DNA of 64,000 nt, taken from the NCBI GenBank assembly GCA_963729895.1, contig CAVSQB010000002.1:1-64000 (forward strand), given 5' to 3'. Shown here piece by piece: positions 37,818 through 49,100 of this stretch. Position 1 is the first letter of the stretch; every line of letters starts with the position of its first letter. A program made the translations under genes and the position numbers. This DNA is from an uncultured Fibrobacterota bacterium (GTDB lineage Bacteria; Fibrobacterota; Chitinivibrionia; Chitinivibrionales; FEN-1185). The notes under the pieces were generated by a model that had not been told where the DNA came from, did not search any database, and saw only the letters and a list, made by a program, of their open reading frames with translations.

Positions 37818-38438
37818 ATGATCGAACAGTTTCACAGAAAGCCAGTGTCGAACTTTTTTATCAAGCGCTCCCTGCAAATGCGGCTGATTGCCAAAATAGT
37901 CGTGGCGGCAATCATCTCCACCTTGGTATGCGTGGCCACGCTGCTGGGGACCTATTTTGTTATTTATCAATCCGTTTCCTACTATGGCGTGACGCTCGAC
38001 ACCAAGACTCATTTCTCCACGATTTCCGAACCGAAGAACATCATCTTTCTCATCCTTCCCAGCCTGGCGGTCAGCGTGGCCCTCAATATTCTGGTGGCGT
38101 TTTTTATCGGACTGTACGCGTCCCGGAAATATGCCGTGCCAATTTACAAACTGGAGCAGTGGGCGCGCATGATCCGGCAGGGCAAAATCGCGGCGCAGAT
38201 ACGGTTCAGGGAACGCGAAGAAATGAAGGAATTGTCGGACGACTGCAACGAGCTTACCAGCGACCTGCGCGCCAAGTTCTGTGAAATCAAGAAACAGACC
38301 GTGGCGCTCAAGCAGACATTGAAGGATTCCGAGGAAGTAAAAAGCATCGAAACCGTGCTTGCCACGCTGGAGCTCGAAGGCGAAACCATCGAAATCCACA
38401 CTACCAACTACACGTTGCCGCCCAAAAAGAAATCCTGA
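37818..38438 (+). CDS. Two-TM HAMP-domain protein without an obvious output domain
   Basis: R....FFIK..LQ N-terminus; two hydrophobic segments; S.K.A.PIYKL...R..EE..EL HAMP pattern. The upstream part of the 711-aa ORF is antisense shadow. Confidence 0.8.
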   Translation: MIEQFHRKPVSNFFIKRSLQMRLIAKIVVAAIISTLVCVATLLGTYFVIYQSVSYYGVTLDTKTHFSTISEPKNIIFLILPSLAVSVALNILVAFFIGLYASRKYAVPIYKLEQWARMIRQGKIAAQIRFREREEMKELSDDCNELTSDLRAKFCEIKKQTVALKQTLKDSEEVKSIETVLATLELEGETIEIHTTNYTLPPKKKS

Positions 38439-38453
38439 CCATCGCACGGCCGG

Positions 38454-39572
38454 CTACAGGGCATCCACGATCCGGGCCACGTAGTCGGCAATGGCGGGCG
38501 CAGCAGTGAGGCCGGGCGATTCGATACCCACCAGATCGATAAAACCCGGCAGCCCTTTGTCCCCCTCTTCCCGTATCACAAAGTCGCGGAACGCATCGCC
38601 CGGCGCCTGGATTTTCGGCCTGATGCCGGACATGTCCGGCGACAGGTCGGAAGGTTCCAGAAACGGCAGGTACGCGCTCGCCTCGGCAAAGAAATCGTTC
38701 CGATGTGATTCGTCAACGTCGTAGCTGAGCGTTTCAACGTAGAACGCGTTGGGCCCGAGCTTGAGGCTTCCGTCAAGCTTGAGCACCGCGTGAACGCCGA
38801 GGCTTATGGCGGTGGGTGCGGGATACACGAGATGTGAAAGCATGCCGCGGCGCCGGTTCGAAACGGCAAAGTACTCACCCTTGCACGGACGAATCCGGTA
38901 GCCGGCTTCGTCGATTCCAATGCCGGCCATGGCTGCCACGTCGCCGGAGCACAGCCCGGCGCAGTTGATGACTATATCGGAATGTACGTCCATTTCCTCG
39001 CGGTCGGCATCGAGCACCCTCACACGGTAGCCGTTTGAGTCCCTGCTCACGTCCTGCACCAGGCACGAATACCCGATAGTTACCGAACGCGACAGCGCCT
39101 CGGTCTCGAAATACTTCATGAGCACATGCGTGTCGACGATGCCTGTTGAGGGACTGTACAATCCGAGTCGGGCGTTCACGTTCGGTTCCATTCGCCGTAC
39201 CTGCTCCCGCGAAAGGAGCTCGATGCCGGCAACGCCGTTTTCGCGTCCCTGGGCGTGCAGCAGGTGCAGCCTCTCGATTTCGTCTTCGCTGTTCGCAACG
39301 ACGATTTTGCCGGTTTGCCGGTGGCCGATCGCATGCGATTGGCACAATTCGTACAGTTTCCGGTTGCCGTCAAGGCACAGTATTGCTTTTAGGGAATGGG
39401 AAGGATAGTTGAAACCGGCGTGGATCACCTCGCTGTTGCGCGACGACGTTTCCCTGCCGAACCCGTCGTGCTTTTCGAGCAGGAGTATGTCTTTGTGGTC
39501 TGCGCTCAAGCGGCTGGCAATGGCAAGGCCGACGACACCGGCGCCGACGATACTTATGTGAGAATGTTCCAC
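38454..39572 (-). CDS. FAD-dependent oxidoreductase (L-2-hydroxyglutarate oxidase-like)
   Basis: VGAGVVGLA; ETSSRNSEVIHAG; KGEYF; LVYP.P; GIRPK; GIESPGLT. Confidence 0.9.
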   Translation of the reverse strand: MEHSHISIVGAGVVGLAIASRLSADHKDILLLEKHDGFGRETSSRNSEVIHAGFNYPSHSLKAILCLDGNRKLYELCQSHAIGHRQTGKIVVANSEDEIERLHLLHAQGRENGVAGIELLSREQVRRMEPNVNARLGLYSPSTGIVDTHVLMKYFETEALSRSVTIGYSCLVQDVSRDSNGYRVRVLDADREEMDVHSDIVINCAGLCSGDVAAMAGIGIDEAGYRIRPCKGEYFAVSNRRRGMLSHLVYPAPTAISLGVHAVLKLDGSLKLGPNAFYVETLSYDVDESHRNDFFAEASAYLPFLEPSDLSPDMSGIRPKIQAPGDAFRDFVIREEGDKGLPGFIDLVGIESPGLTAAPAIADYVARIVDAL

Positions 39573-39602
39573 GAGAAACCCTTGCGTGTCCGATGTTGCC
39601 CG

Positions 39603-41087
39603 CTATTCCCGTTTGTCCGGCCTGCTTCTTCCGTATATCGCGGCAAATTCAGCCACACGTGCAAGTTTCTGTCTCGTGAAATCCGCCTTCGCGCACCGCC
39701 ATTGCCAGTTGCCTTCGGACCTGCCCGGCGTATTCATCCGGGCACGGGAATCGAGCCCCAGCACGTCCTGCAGGGGAATGATGCACAGGTCCGCGGTTGT
39801 CGAAAATGCCAGCCGGACAAGGTCGTCGACCACGGCAGGCTTGGATGAGCCGATGTACCCGTCGACCCGCGCGCGGTCGGGTCCCGACAGCGTGTTGAGC
39901 CAGCCGGCCGTGGTGTCGTTGTCGTGGGTTCCCGTGTACACCACGCTGTCGAACGGGTAATTATAGGGCCGGTGCGGATTGTCGGGATTGTTGTCGAACG
40001 CGAATTGCAGGACCTTCATGCCGGGCAAGTCTGCCTCGTCTCGCAATGCTTCAACTTCTTGTGTGATGACGCCGAGGTCTTCAGCGATAAAGGGCAGCGA
40101 ACCGATCTCGAGCCGTATGGCTTCAAAAAGCCGCATGCCCGGCCCCTTCACCCAGGCGCCGTCCTGCGCCGTGGGGCTGCCGGCCTTGACGGCCCAGAAC
40201 GATTCGAACGCCCGGAAATGGTCGAGACGGAGGAGATCGGCAAACTGCAGCATTTTCTTTGTGCGCGCGATCCACCATGAAAACCCGTCCCTTTCCAGCG
40301 CATCCCAATTGTAAACAGGATTTCCCCAGAGCTGGCCCGTTTCGCTGTAATAGTCGGACGGCACGCCGGCCACCCGGACCGGGTTGCGGTTTGCGTCAAA
40401 CTCAAACAGGTCCGGACACGCCCACGCGTCGGAACTTTCGAGCGCCACGTAGATGGGGACGTCGCCGATGAGCAACACCCCCTCCGACTGCGCATGGTCC
40501 CGAACGGCCGCCCATTGCTCGCAAAAGACGTATTGCACAAACGCGTGGTAGAGAAGTTCGCGGCCATGCTGTTTTCCGTATGAGTCGAGCGCGCCCTGCT
40601 CGCACAACCGCAGCGGACCGTTCCACGAGGTCCAGCTTTGTTCGCCGAACTCCTTTTTGAGAGCGCAGAACAGCGTGTACTTGTCGAGCCATGATTGTTC
40701 TTCTTCACAAAAGGCAAGGAGTTCGTCCTGTTCCCGAAATCGGTCGAAGGCGATGCGAAACAATTTTTCCTTTTCGCGGGCGACCGCGGGATAGTCGACC
40801 CTGTCCTGGGGCAGCGCGGGGTACGCGGCAAGTTCGCTTTTTGTCAATAGTCCCTGTTCCCCAAGCTTCTGCGGCGAAACGAGAAGCGGGTTCCCGGCAA
40901 ACGAACACGCGCAGTGGTAGGGTGATCCGTACTGGCCGGAGGGCCCGAGCGGCAGGAATTGCCAGAACGATTGTCCCGATGCTTTGAGCATGGTGATCCA
41001 CGCAAACGCCGAATCTCCCAGATCGCCGATGCCGAACGGGGAGGGTAACGATGTCGGATGGAGAAGGATGCCGGACGCCCGGTTCAT
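39603..41087 (-). CDS. malQ: 4-alpha-glucanotransferase (GH77)
   Basis: RASGILLHPTSLP; GDVPIYV; GQLWGNP; RLDHFR; IAEDLG; YTGTHDNDT; RMNTPG. Confidence 0.96.
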   Translation of the reverse strand: MNRASGILLHPTSLPSPFGIGDLGDSAFAWITMLKASGQSFWQFLPLGPSGQYGSPYHCACSFAGNPLLVSPQKLGEQGLLTKSELAAYPALPQDRVDYPAVAREKEKLFRIAFDRFREQDELLAFCEEEQSWLDKYTLFCALKKEFGEQSWTSWNGPLRLCEQGALDSYGKQHGRELLYHAFVQYVFCEQWAAVRDHAQSEGVLLIGDVPIYVALESSDAWACPDLFEFDANRNPVRVAGVPSDYYSETGQLWGNPVYNWDALERDGFSWWIARTKKMLQFADLLRLDHFRAFESFWAVKAGSPTAQDGAWVKGPGMRLFEAIRLEIGSLPFIAEDLGVITQEVEALRDEADLPGMKVLQFAFDNNPDNPHRPYNYPFDSVVYTGTHDNDTTAGWLNTLSGPDRARVDGYIGSSKPAVVDDLVRLAFSTTADLCIIPLQDVLGLDSRARMNTPGRSEGNWQWRCAKADFTRQKLARVAEFAAIYGRSRPDKRE

Positions 41088-41305
41088 GGAGTCTCTCCTT
41101 TGGGAAGAAAATGGCTGATGACGACCCCGTATCTTTCTGCAGATAGTATACAAAACGCGCGGTCCCGCGTCAGGGAAAAAAGCGGACGGGTACTTTGCGC
41201 AAGAAAGGGTGGAGGACCTGCGGTACCGATGATATAATTCTGGATGACGATGCCCCTTACGTTTTTCCGGCCCCGTGTGTCCCGGTTTCCAGGAGGTGGT
41301 GCGCC

Positions 41306-42808
41306 ATGACACGAACGTTATTCCACGACGACGTCGTCTTTGTCTTTCCCGCCGCCGATTTTTCGGCATACGCGAAATACGGGGCAACGGTGATCGCTTC
41401 GGGCGGCAGCCATGACTCCGACTATGTCAACAGACTCAAACGCCAGGGCCTCCACGTCGCCGGCACCGTGTGGTGCCTTGCCGCCCGCAGCCACGACGTA
41501 CATGCAAACCCCGACCTTGCCGCGGCAACGGCCAAAGACATCGAAGGCAACCCCATTGCCGTGCCGTGGCTCCCCGCGAATTCCCCATCGGAAGCCCCCC
41601 GTTGCTTCGGATGCGTCAACCACCCCGTCTTTCGCGCTCACCTGCGGCGCACCGTGTGCGACGCCATGGCGGGCGGCGCGGACGGGCTGCATGTTGACGA
41701 ACCCCTCGGGATCTTTGCCGCCGCGCTCACCCTGGGCGGGTGCTTCTGCGATTTCTGCATGACCGGGTTCGCCTTGTATCTCGCAAAGCAAGCAAGCGAC
41801 GATCTGCTGCACACCGCAAAAGCGGGCACGTTCGAGGCGTTCGACTACAGGTCGTTTGTCAAGAACTACGCTCCGAGCCGTGAGCAGTACCTGTCGCTGC
41901 AATCCGCGATCCCCCTGCACCGGGAGTTTCTGGATTTCCAGCTTGCAAGCGCTTGCGACAACGTCGTGTCGCTCGGCAGGCTTGCCGCCGACGTCGCCGG
42001 CCGGCCCGTGAGCCTGAGCGCGAATGCCTGCCTGCCCGCACTCGAACATGCCGTGATTGTCCCGCATCTCACCTACTGCGCCAGCGAGGTTGCCCACAAT
42101 GCGGCGGAGGGAGCGCAGGGGCTTTCGCCGGCGGTAAGCGCCTACACCCTTGCCGAGGCGCTCGGCAAGCCCATGGCGGCCACCGCAACCGCGCCTGATT
42201 GGTCATTTGTAAGGGACCAGAATGCGGAACAACTGGTCTGCCTCTGGATTGCGCTCGCCTATGCATGCGGCCAGCGGTTCATGGTGCCCAACCGGATGCT
42301 CTGTTCTGCGCCGGGCGCGCCGTCGCAGTGGTACTGCGGGTCCATGTCCACGTTCGCACCCCTGTACTCATTTGTGAAGAAACACGGTTTTCTTCTTAAC
42401 GATTATGCGGCAGTCGGTCCGCTTGCGCCGCCCGGCCTGTTGCCGTCGTCCTTTGAAACCGCGGCCAAACGGCAGGCGCTCGGAGCGGCGCTTGCCGCGC
42501 ATCCGGCGGCGCCCCTTTGGGCCGGCGACAAGGCCTGGGTGTTCCCTCGAATCAAAGGAGACGGCGCCGTTGCGGTTCATGTGGTGAACCTGGACTACAA
42601 TGTTCATTCAAAACGGATCGCCGTGCAGACCGGACTCGAGGTGCGATTGCCGAACGCGCTCTTCAACCGGAATTTTTCCCGCGCAACCGCATATTCGTAC
42701 GGCGGCGAACCGCAAAAGATCGTCGTGACAAACGACGGCTCGACCAGCGTGTTTACGCTGCCGGAGGTCAAACTGTGGAGCATCGTGACCTTTGAGTACT
42801 GGGCCTAG
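41306..42808 (+). CDS. Hypothetical protein, possibly a TIM-barrel glycoside hydrolase-like fold
   Basis: AGGAGG RBS; GCVNHP.FR; GADGLHVDE; GCFC..C motifs reminiscent of GH-like barrels; no signal peptide. Confidence 0.65.
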   Translation: MTRTLFHDDVVFVFPAADFSAYAKYGATVIASGGSHDSDYVNRLKRQGLHVAGTVWCLAARSHDVHANPDLAAATAKDIEGNPIAVPWLPANSPSEAPRCFGCVNHPVFRAHLRRTVCDAMAGGADGLHVDEPLGIFAAALTLGGCFCDFCMTGFALYLAKQASDDLLHTAKAGTFEAFDYRSFVKNYAPSREQYLSLQSAIPLHREFLDFQLASACDNVVSLGRLAADVAGRPVSLSANACLPALEHAVIVPHLTYCASEVAHNAAEGAQGLSPAVSAYTLAEALGKPMAATATAPDWSFVRDQNAEQLVCLWIALAYACGQRFMVPNRMLCSAPGAPSQWYCGSMSTFAPLYSFVKKHGFLLNDYAAVGPLAPPGLLPSSFETAAKRQALGAALAAHPAAPLWAGDKAWVFPRIKGDGAVAVHVVNLDYNVHSKRIAVQTGLEVRLPNALFNRNFSRATAYSYGGEPQKIVVTNDGSTSVFTLPEVKLWSIVTFEYWA

Positions 42809-42816
42809 TCCGCGGA

Positions 42817-43986
42817 TTATTTCAGCAGAATCCGCCATTGACGAACGGCTTTGGGAAAGAAGGCCCACAACAGACGCAGAAGTTTGAAAAGGGAAAACCT
42901 GAAAGGCCGGGACCGGTCGGGCGCGGCCTTAAACACCGATTGAAGGGTGAAAACGGCGTCGGAGATCTCGGTATCGCTTGACGCCAGAAAGACTTCTTTG
43001 AGGACCAGGAAGACTTTCTGCTGTCGCCGGGGACGCCCGTTCCAGGTTCGCGAGTAGCACAGCAGATGATGCGTGCTTCCTTCACTCCTAAGAAGCGCGC
43101 CGACGCATGCATCGGCCGCTTCAAGGGCGTTCATGATCCCGGCTGCGGTGAGGGGATTACACTGCCGGGCGGCATCGCCCACCAGGACCACGTTGCCTTT
43201 GCAGAGATGCCGGGGGCACAGTGCCAGAGGCACGCAGCCCGTTACCAGGTTGCGCCTGGCCGCGTGAGGCATGCGCGATGCAAGGAAGGCTTCCAGAAAG
43301 CTCTCCGCCGTGGGCGGGCTGTGGTCGCTCCCGTAAAGGCCCGCCCCCACGGACACCGTCGTGCTTGATTTTGGGAAGACCCAGATGTAGCCCCGCGGAA
43401 TCATCCGGCTGCCGGCAAAGAAATGAAGGTAGCCGTCGTTACAGAATCCGCTTTCGACCGTATACTGGACAGAAGAGAATGCCTCGCTCTCCGCAAGCGG
43501 GACGGTGATGCCCGCCCAGCGGCCCACCAGGCTCTCGCAACCGTCGGCCCCTATCAGGAAATCGGCCTCCACGTTCTTGCCGTTTTCCAGAAGCACGCCG
43601 CCGAACGTTGCACCCGACCGCACAAGGCCGACAGCGGGCGTTGTGAGCCTGATCTCCATGCCGCTGGATGTGCCGGCCGCGGCAAGCGCCTGCTCGAACC
43701 TGTCGCGGTGCAGCACGACACCCGCCTGGGGTACGGCCCGGCTCGCCGCCTCCGCGCCGTTCAGGTGAAACGCGAGTCCCTCGATGTCGCGCGCTATCCA
43801 CGATTCGTCAATCTTTACAAACCGGCTGAGTTCCGCCCGGTTGCCTGTCGCTTCTCCGCAGGGGACGGGCACGCCGATGGCGCTCCGGCGATCCACGACC
43901 ACCACCCGCCAGCGATTTTGAGCCAGCTTCATGCCGGTATACAGGCCGGCGATGCTCGCGCCGACGATGGCGGCGTCATATTTCAT
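42817..43986 (-). CDS. Geranylgeranyl reductase family flavoprotein
   Basis: VGAS.AG; PCGE; RDRFEQ.L; GADG.ES; PRGYIWVFP (PxxYxWxFP); GDAA...NPL...GI. Confidence 0.88.
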   Translation of the reverse strand: MKYDAAIVGASIAGLYTGMKLAQNRWRVVVVDRRSAIGVPVPCGEATGNRAELSRFVKIDESWIARDIEGLAFHLNGAEAASRAVPQAGVVLHRDRFEQALAAAGTSSGMEIRLTTPAVGLVRSGATFGGVLLENGKNVEADFLIGADGCESLVGRWAGITVPLAESEAFSSVQYTVESGFCNDGYLHFFAGSRMIPRGYIWVFPKSSTTVSVGAGLYGSDHSPPTAESFLEAFLASRMPHAARRNLVTGCVPLALCPRHLCKGNVVLVGDAARQCNPLTAAGIMNALEAADACVGALLRSEGSTHHLLCYSRTWNGRPRRQQKVFLVLKEVFLASSDTEISDAVFTLQSVFKAAPDRSRPFRFSLFKLLRLLWAFFPKAVRQWRILLK

Positions 43987-44177
43987 GTGTCAAGATTTTC
44001 CTGTGTCGCCTTGACGGCAGAGATCGGGCAGAAACGGAAACAGTTGCCGCAGCGGATGCAGTTTTCGGCGATCCTGCCGGCGCCGTCGCGGATGAGCACG
44101 GCCTGCGCCGGGCACACCGAGGCGCAGCCGCCGCAAAACGTGCATCGTGTCTGGTCGATGGAATATGAAGGTGACAT
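43983..44177 (-). CDS. 2[4Fe-4S] ferredoxin
   Basis: CTFCGGCASVCP and CIRCGNCFRFCP; stop overlaps the GGR start. Confidence 0.92.
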   Translation of the reverse strand: MSPSYSIDQTRCTFCGGCASVCPAQAVLIRDGAGRIAENCIRCGNCFRFCPISAVKATQENLDT

Positions 44178-44247
44178 GGTACCGGAAAAGAAAAAACAAT
44201 TGCAACAGCCCGTCGCGAGTGCCGGCAGGGCCGCGTGTTAGTTGTCT

Positions 44248-45933
44248 TTACCTTTTGTTTACCTCACCCCTGCCCGGCGGAGGTTGCTGGCGAGGCTGCT
44301 GCTGCCATTGTGATTGCGCCTGCGCCCGGACCGTTGATTCGACGGTTTCTTTCCGCTGCACTTCCACACGCGCTTCGGAGTTGAGCTCCCGTACCTGGTT
44401 TTGAAACTGTTCCGTCGGCCGGCTTACCGGCGGAACGCTCACCGGTTGACTTCTCTCGGGCGCTTTGGCGGCAGGTTGTCTGTTTTCGGCACGCGGCGGC
44501 TCCGCACGGAAAACAGGGACGGGTTGCGGAGTTCTCGGAAGAATTATCTCCTCCGGCGGTTTCCAGGATTGCGCTCTTTGCACATGTTGTTGGGCTTGCC
44601 GCGCCTTCAGTTCCTGCACGGCCTCTTCCCCTTTCAAAGCGGCCAGTTTCGATTGGTTCGTTTCTTGTTTTGCCTGTTCGTCAAGGCGGGCTCTTTCCGC
44701 CTGTGCAGCCCGGGCGGCCGCACTCTGGTCCTTTGCGGTAAGGTCCGCGGTCCTCCGGTCGCTCTGCAACATTTGCCACGACTGCGGATTCGCCTTTGGC
44801 GTTACAACTCTGCCGAAGCCGGAACTACTTTTTGTGAACCGCTCCTTTACCGCAACGGGGTCCTGCGGCGCCGCCGCCGAAATTAAAGGCTTGTAAATCA
44901 ATAATTTGCTTGTACTCAACGTGGTCCTCTGGATAGGCTCACCCGGCCGGAGGTGCTCTTCGACAAGGGCAACGGGGCTGATGCGCGTCTTGGCCGCTTT
45001 TTCCACTGCCGAAACCGGCACTCCTTGATTGACCAGGTGGTTGTTTGCAACAGAGAAACTGTTTTTTTGGAAGACAGTCCTCCTGTAGATGTCCCCGGCA
45101 TGGGATGAGGGCACCACATGGGCGAACGGATGGCGGTCGTAAAAATGGTCCATCGGAACAAAGTAAAAATCGCTGAACGAAAGTCCGAATTCGGAATCGT
45201 CATCCACCAGGGAGGCTCCGAAGAAAAAACCCTGGTTGGCTACGAACCTGCCTCTTGGCGGGAGCGCCGCCCAGCCGCAATAATCGGACCCTGTTCTCCA
45301 GGCGACCCACGCAGGTCCCCATTCGTTATCGGGCTGCCAGAGCCATCCGTAGTTTGGCCGGCGGAACCAGCGGCCGTAATGGAACGGCGCCCATCCCCAG
45401 CTGTAACTGGAAACCCAGGTCCAGCCGTAGTCCGTCCAAGCCCAGTGCCCGTGATTGCAATAAGGCGCCCAGTCGTCATCGAGCGTGGTCGCGTTAGGCT
45501 GCCAGCACCAGTTTCCGTCGACATCGACCCACGTGCCATAGGGATACAACGCGGAGTAAAAAAATGAAATGTTCTGTTCATCCGCAGGGGGGGCCGTTAC
45601 CGGCGAAACAGCGGCCTGGGCGGATGGCGCTGCGGTTGATTCGGGATATGCAGGTTCGGTGTCGGTTGTCACCAGGGAATCGTTTTGCTGATCGTGTTTG
45701 AGTGCTTCGATGATCAGTTTTGAGGAAACGCCCAGGTCCCTGAGCGTCACGATGTCGGCGGATGTCAAGGCGAACGGTGTGGTGGAATTCTCGATATATG
45801 CCTTCACCACTTCCTCATCGACCCCGGATTTTGCAAGAGTGATGAGATCGTCGGCGGTTCCGGCAGTTACTGTGGAAAGGGCGGCCGCCAGCAGCACCAA
45901 CGGTACGATGCCGATACAACGGTAAGAATACAC
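44248..45933 (-). CDS. Exported DUF6600-like Trp/Gly-rich protein with low-complexity/coiled C-terminus
   Basis: L.PYG.W...W.P; GHW..TDYGWTWVS...WGWAPFHYGRW; WGPAWV.WR; AAGGAG RBS before GTG. Confidence 0.8.
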   Translation of the reverse strand: MYSYRCIGIVPLVLLAAALSTVTAGTADDLITLAKSGVDEEVVKAYIENSTTPFALTSADIVTLRDLGVSSKLIIEALKHDQQNDSLVTTDTEPAYPESTAAPSAQAAVSPVTAPPADEQNISFFYSALYPYGTWVDVDGNWCWQPNATTLDDDWAPYCNHGHWAWTDYGWTWVSSYSWGWAPFHYGRWFRRPNYGWLWQPDNEWGPAWVAWRTGSDYCGWAALPPRGRFVANQGFFFGASLVDDDSEFGLSFSDFYFVPMDHFYDRHPFAHVVPSSHAGDIYRRTVFQKNSFSVANNHLVNQGVPVSAVEKAAKTRISPVALVEEHLRPGEPIQRTTLSTSKLLIYKPLISAAAPQDPVAVKERFTKSSSGFGRVVTPKANPQSWQMLQSDRRTADLTAKDQSAAARAAQAERARLDEQAKQETNQSKLAALKGEEAVQELKARQAQQHVQRAQSWKPPEEIILPRTPQPVPVFRAEPPRAENRQPAAKAPERSQPVSVPPVSRPTEQFQNQVRELNSEARVEVQRKETVESTVRAQAQSQWQQQPRQQPPPGRGEVNKR

Positions 45934-46196
45934 GGGGTTCTCCTTAACAAAAGGTGATGCAACCTCGGCAGCGCTTCATCTCCCGGCTCATGCCGGTCGA
46001 CGCTCCAGTATCTTTGCCCTCCGAAGCTGATTCGCACAGGCTGATTTTTCTCGGTAACACTCAGGCATGCCGCAGGATATCGAAAAATCGCACCAGTCCC
46101 GGTTGCGACACGTCAGGGGCAGCCTGCGGGAATAAACCTATAGATAAAATATATGATACTGCAGAAGCTTTATCCAAATTCTCCTCCGGAAAGCGG

Positions 46197-49100
46197 TCAT
46201 CGCGGCGGATTGATGGCCAGCTTCTCGATGGGGCTTTTAACCACCTGCTGGTTCAGCTGGTCCACGGCGTACATCTGGTACAAATAGACTCCCGGCGACA
46301 GTTTGTTGCCGAAAGCGTCTCTTCCGTCAAACGGCTCGCCCCGCTTTGCGTCGTTGATCACTCGCACCAGACGGCCGGAGAGCGTAAACAGCCTTATTGC
46401 CACCACCACCCTGTCCTGGTCCGTTTGGGTCACCGTCTTGGAAAGATCGTAATAGAAACTGCATCCCTGGCCCATGCGCATCGGATTCGGATAGGTAAAA
46501 ACATGGTACAGGGCAAGCGCCTGGTCGGTGGTGACCTCAAAGGTCACGCTCCTCTTGGCCACGTTCCCCAGAAGATCCTGCGCGGTAATGTTTATGGTGT
46601 ACGGTCCAGGGGTCATCGCTCCTGCGTCAAACGTCCAATCCGCGGTCCCCCGACGGTAGTCGCCCTGGGCAAACTGGAATTTGCTGTCGATATTTGTGCG
46701 CGCAATCACTCCCGGGACCTCGAATGTTATTCCCTCATTCGGGCCGGTGGACACCGCATCGATGCCGCTGGAATCAAACATCAGGATCTCCAAGGTGACC
46801 GGAAGCGTAGCGGAAACCTTGTCCGTGGAGGAAGCTCCCGTGCTGGATGGCGCCGCGGACGATGAGGAACCTCCCTGATACACCGGACGTACCGAAATGG
46901 TCGGGCCAACCGTGTCGGTAATCTTGGTTGATGCAAACCCGTGGAACAGGAAACTGCCCCTGCACCCGAGCCCGACGCTGTCTTCAACCCACGCGTACGC
47001 GGTGAGGCGCACGCCCGGAGTATTGAATGTGACATTCTTCGGCAGCAAGATACTCTGCTGAAAAGCCCCGTTTGTAACCTGGGTCTGTCCGGCGAATATC
47101 GGAGTTCCCGGCATCTTGTACGACGGGTTCGACGCAGTACCGTTGTCCTTGCGTGTGGCAAGATAGGCTGGATTGAACATGCTTAACTGTACCTTGGCCG
47201 TGCCGCCGCCCGCGCTGAACCGGGTGTCGACGGTGCCGTCCTTCTTTATGATAGTGCCCCGAATCGTCACCTGTTCAAGCGCCTTGAGCGTGTCGTTCAA
47301 CGGAGTCCCGTTGTTGTCGGTCACGGTGAGCGAAACCCTGCGGCCGGGCCGCATCAATTGAATGGAAGGATCTCCAAGGTACGAGTAGATCTGCTCGTTT
47401 TGATCCTGGACCACGGCTTTTGCCAGGGCAAGCGCCTCGCCGATCGTCCGGGCGGCGGTATCGGAAGTGTCAAAGGCAAAGGAGAAGAAATTCTGCGCAA
47501 GCTGTTCATTGTCGGTGGAGAATGCTTCGCGTGTGGCGGAGATGGTCGAAATCGCCCCGCTGTTATGAGCCAGCACGCAGCAGGCGGACAGGCATTGCTG
47601 GCCGGGCTGGTCGAACATGCCTACGGAACACGAAAACGAGGAGATCATGGGATACTGGCCGTTGTTATGAAGATTGACGATATCATCGGGCATAAAAATG
47701 TGCTCGTCGGCCCACACGATGGGAGATCCGTGGCCGAAATAGTTGACAAAAGCAACGCCGTTGTTGATGTCGTTGAGAAGCGCCTGTTTTGCCTCGGGCT
47801 TTTCGAGCTGGGCGTCAAACGGATATTCGAACTCATTCACCTTTTCCACATTGATTGCGGGACGCAAATGTTCCACCACCGTGTCGATGAGTTCGGACGA
47901 CTCCAGGTGCTGGGTGCCCAGCGGGTCCGGCTGCGTGCCCTGCATGTCGTCGTCGTTCACCAGGAGCAGGCAATTGCGCCATGCGCCGAAATCCGGTGCA
48001 GGGTTCGAGGAAGGATTCTCCATTTGAATTATCTTGTTCACCACCTGCGAGGCATCCTGGGATGTCTTACACGGAATCCGGCCCAGGAAGCAATCGGGTG
48101 TTGATGCGGTATTGTCGGGAGTGTCACCGGGGTCCAGGTACACAAAATAATCCTCAATGCACAAACCGTTGAACTCCGCAACCGGCATGAAGCTCGTGTC
48201 CTGGGTTGCGATGTTGCGATAGTCGTAGTGGCCGCTGCCCATGAGCACAACGTAATCAAAAGACACGCCCCACTGTGAGCCGACATTCTCGCGAACATAT
48301 TCGAGACAATTGCGAAGCGCGGAAGGATCCGTATTCCCGCCCGAGAATTGAGCATATATATCGGAAATCGACATTGCCACCGGGTTGGCAAACTGGCCGA
48401 TGGACTTCTTCTCCCGCGCCAACACCTGGGCCGGAACAATGAAGTTGGGGTGCGTGACGACAAGGTAGTCTACGGGCGCCGAAATGCTGCGCAGGTCTCT
48501 CACGGTGTACGAGGAACTGGTCCTTGGCCCAACGAGCGAAAGAACAGGAGAACTCCCGATGCCCTGCGGCGTGCACACATAGTATCGCACGCCGATGCCC
48601 GCCGTGTCGGTCCACTGGTACGTCCCGCCGCCCCGCACCGTATCCACGAGCATCATGGAAGCGTCGCAATTGCCTATTCTTAAAATGTAAACCAGGTCCG
48701 AGGGAAGACCGCTTAACTGATAGCGCACCATTCCGGATCCCTCCGGAGAAAAGATGGTCATGGAAGACCGGTTTGTCATGTCGAGCTTCTGCCAGCACCG
48801 TACTTCCATCTGGTCCAACTCAATGGTATCGTTTCCTACGTTTGCAGTGAAAGTCATAGAATTGCCGGGGCTATACGTAAAGGGAAACCACGCGCCGTAC
48901 TGGCACCCGGCGCACACCGACGAGCCGCCGTAACTCACCGTCATGCTGGGCGAGGAGGGTCCCAAAATCACCTGCAGGCTGCAGGGTTCGGCAGGGTCGG
49001 CATTCGGAAGAAGCACGGTGTCGATGAAAGCGGACGAAATGGTATAGGACGGCATGGAACTGGAGAACCTTTGCCACGCCCACTGAAGGCCGCCGTTAGT

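Noticed and set aside
45934..46196. c-di-GMP-I riboswitch upstream of the DUF6600-like gene
   Set aside because: Only a GGCAAA and a CTGCCGA fragment are present; the GAAA-loop stem and GACGCAAA junction are missing.
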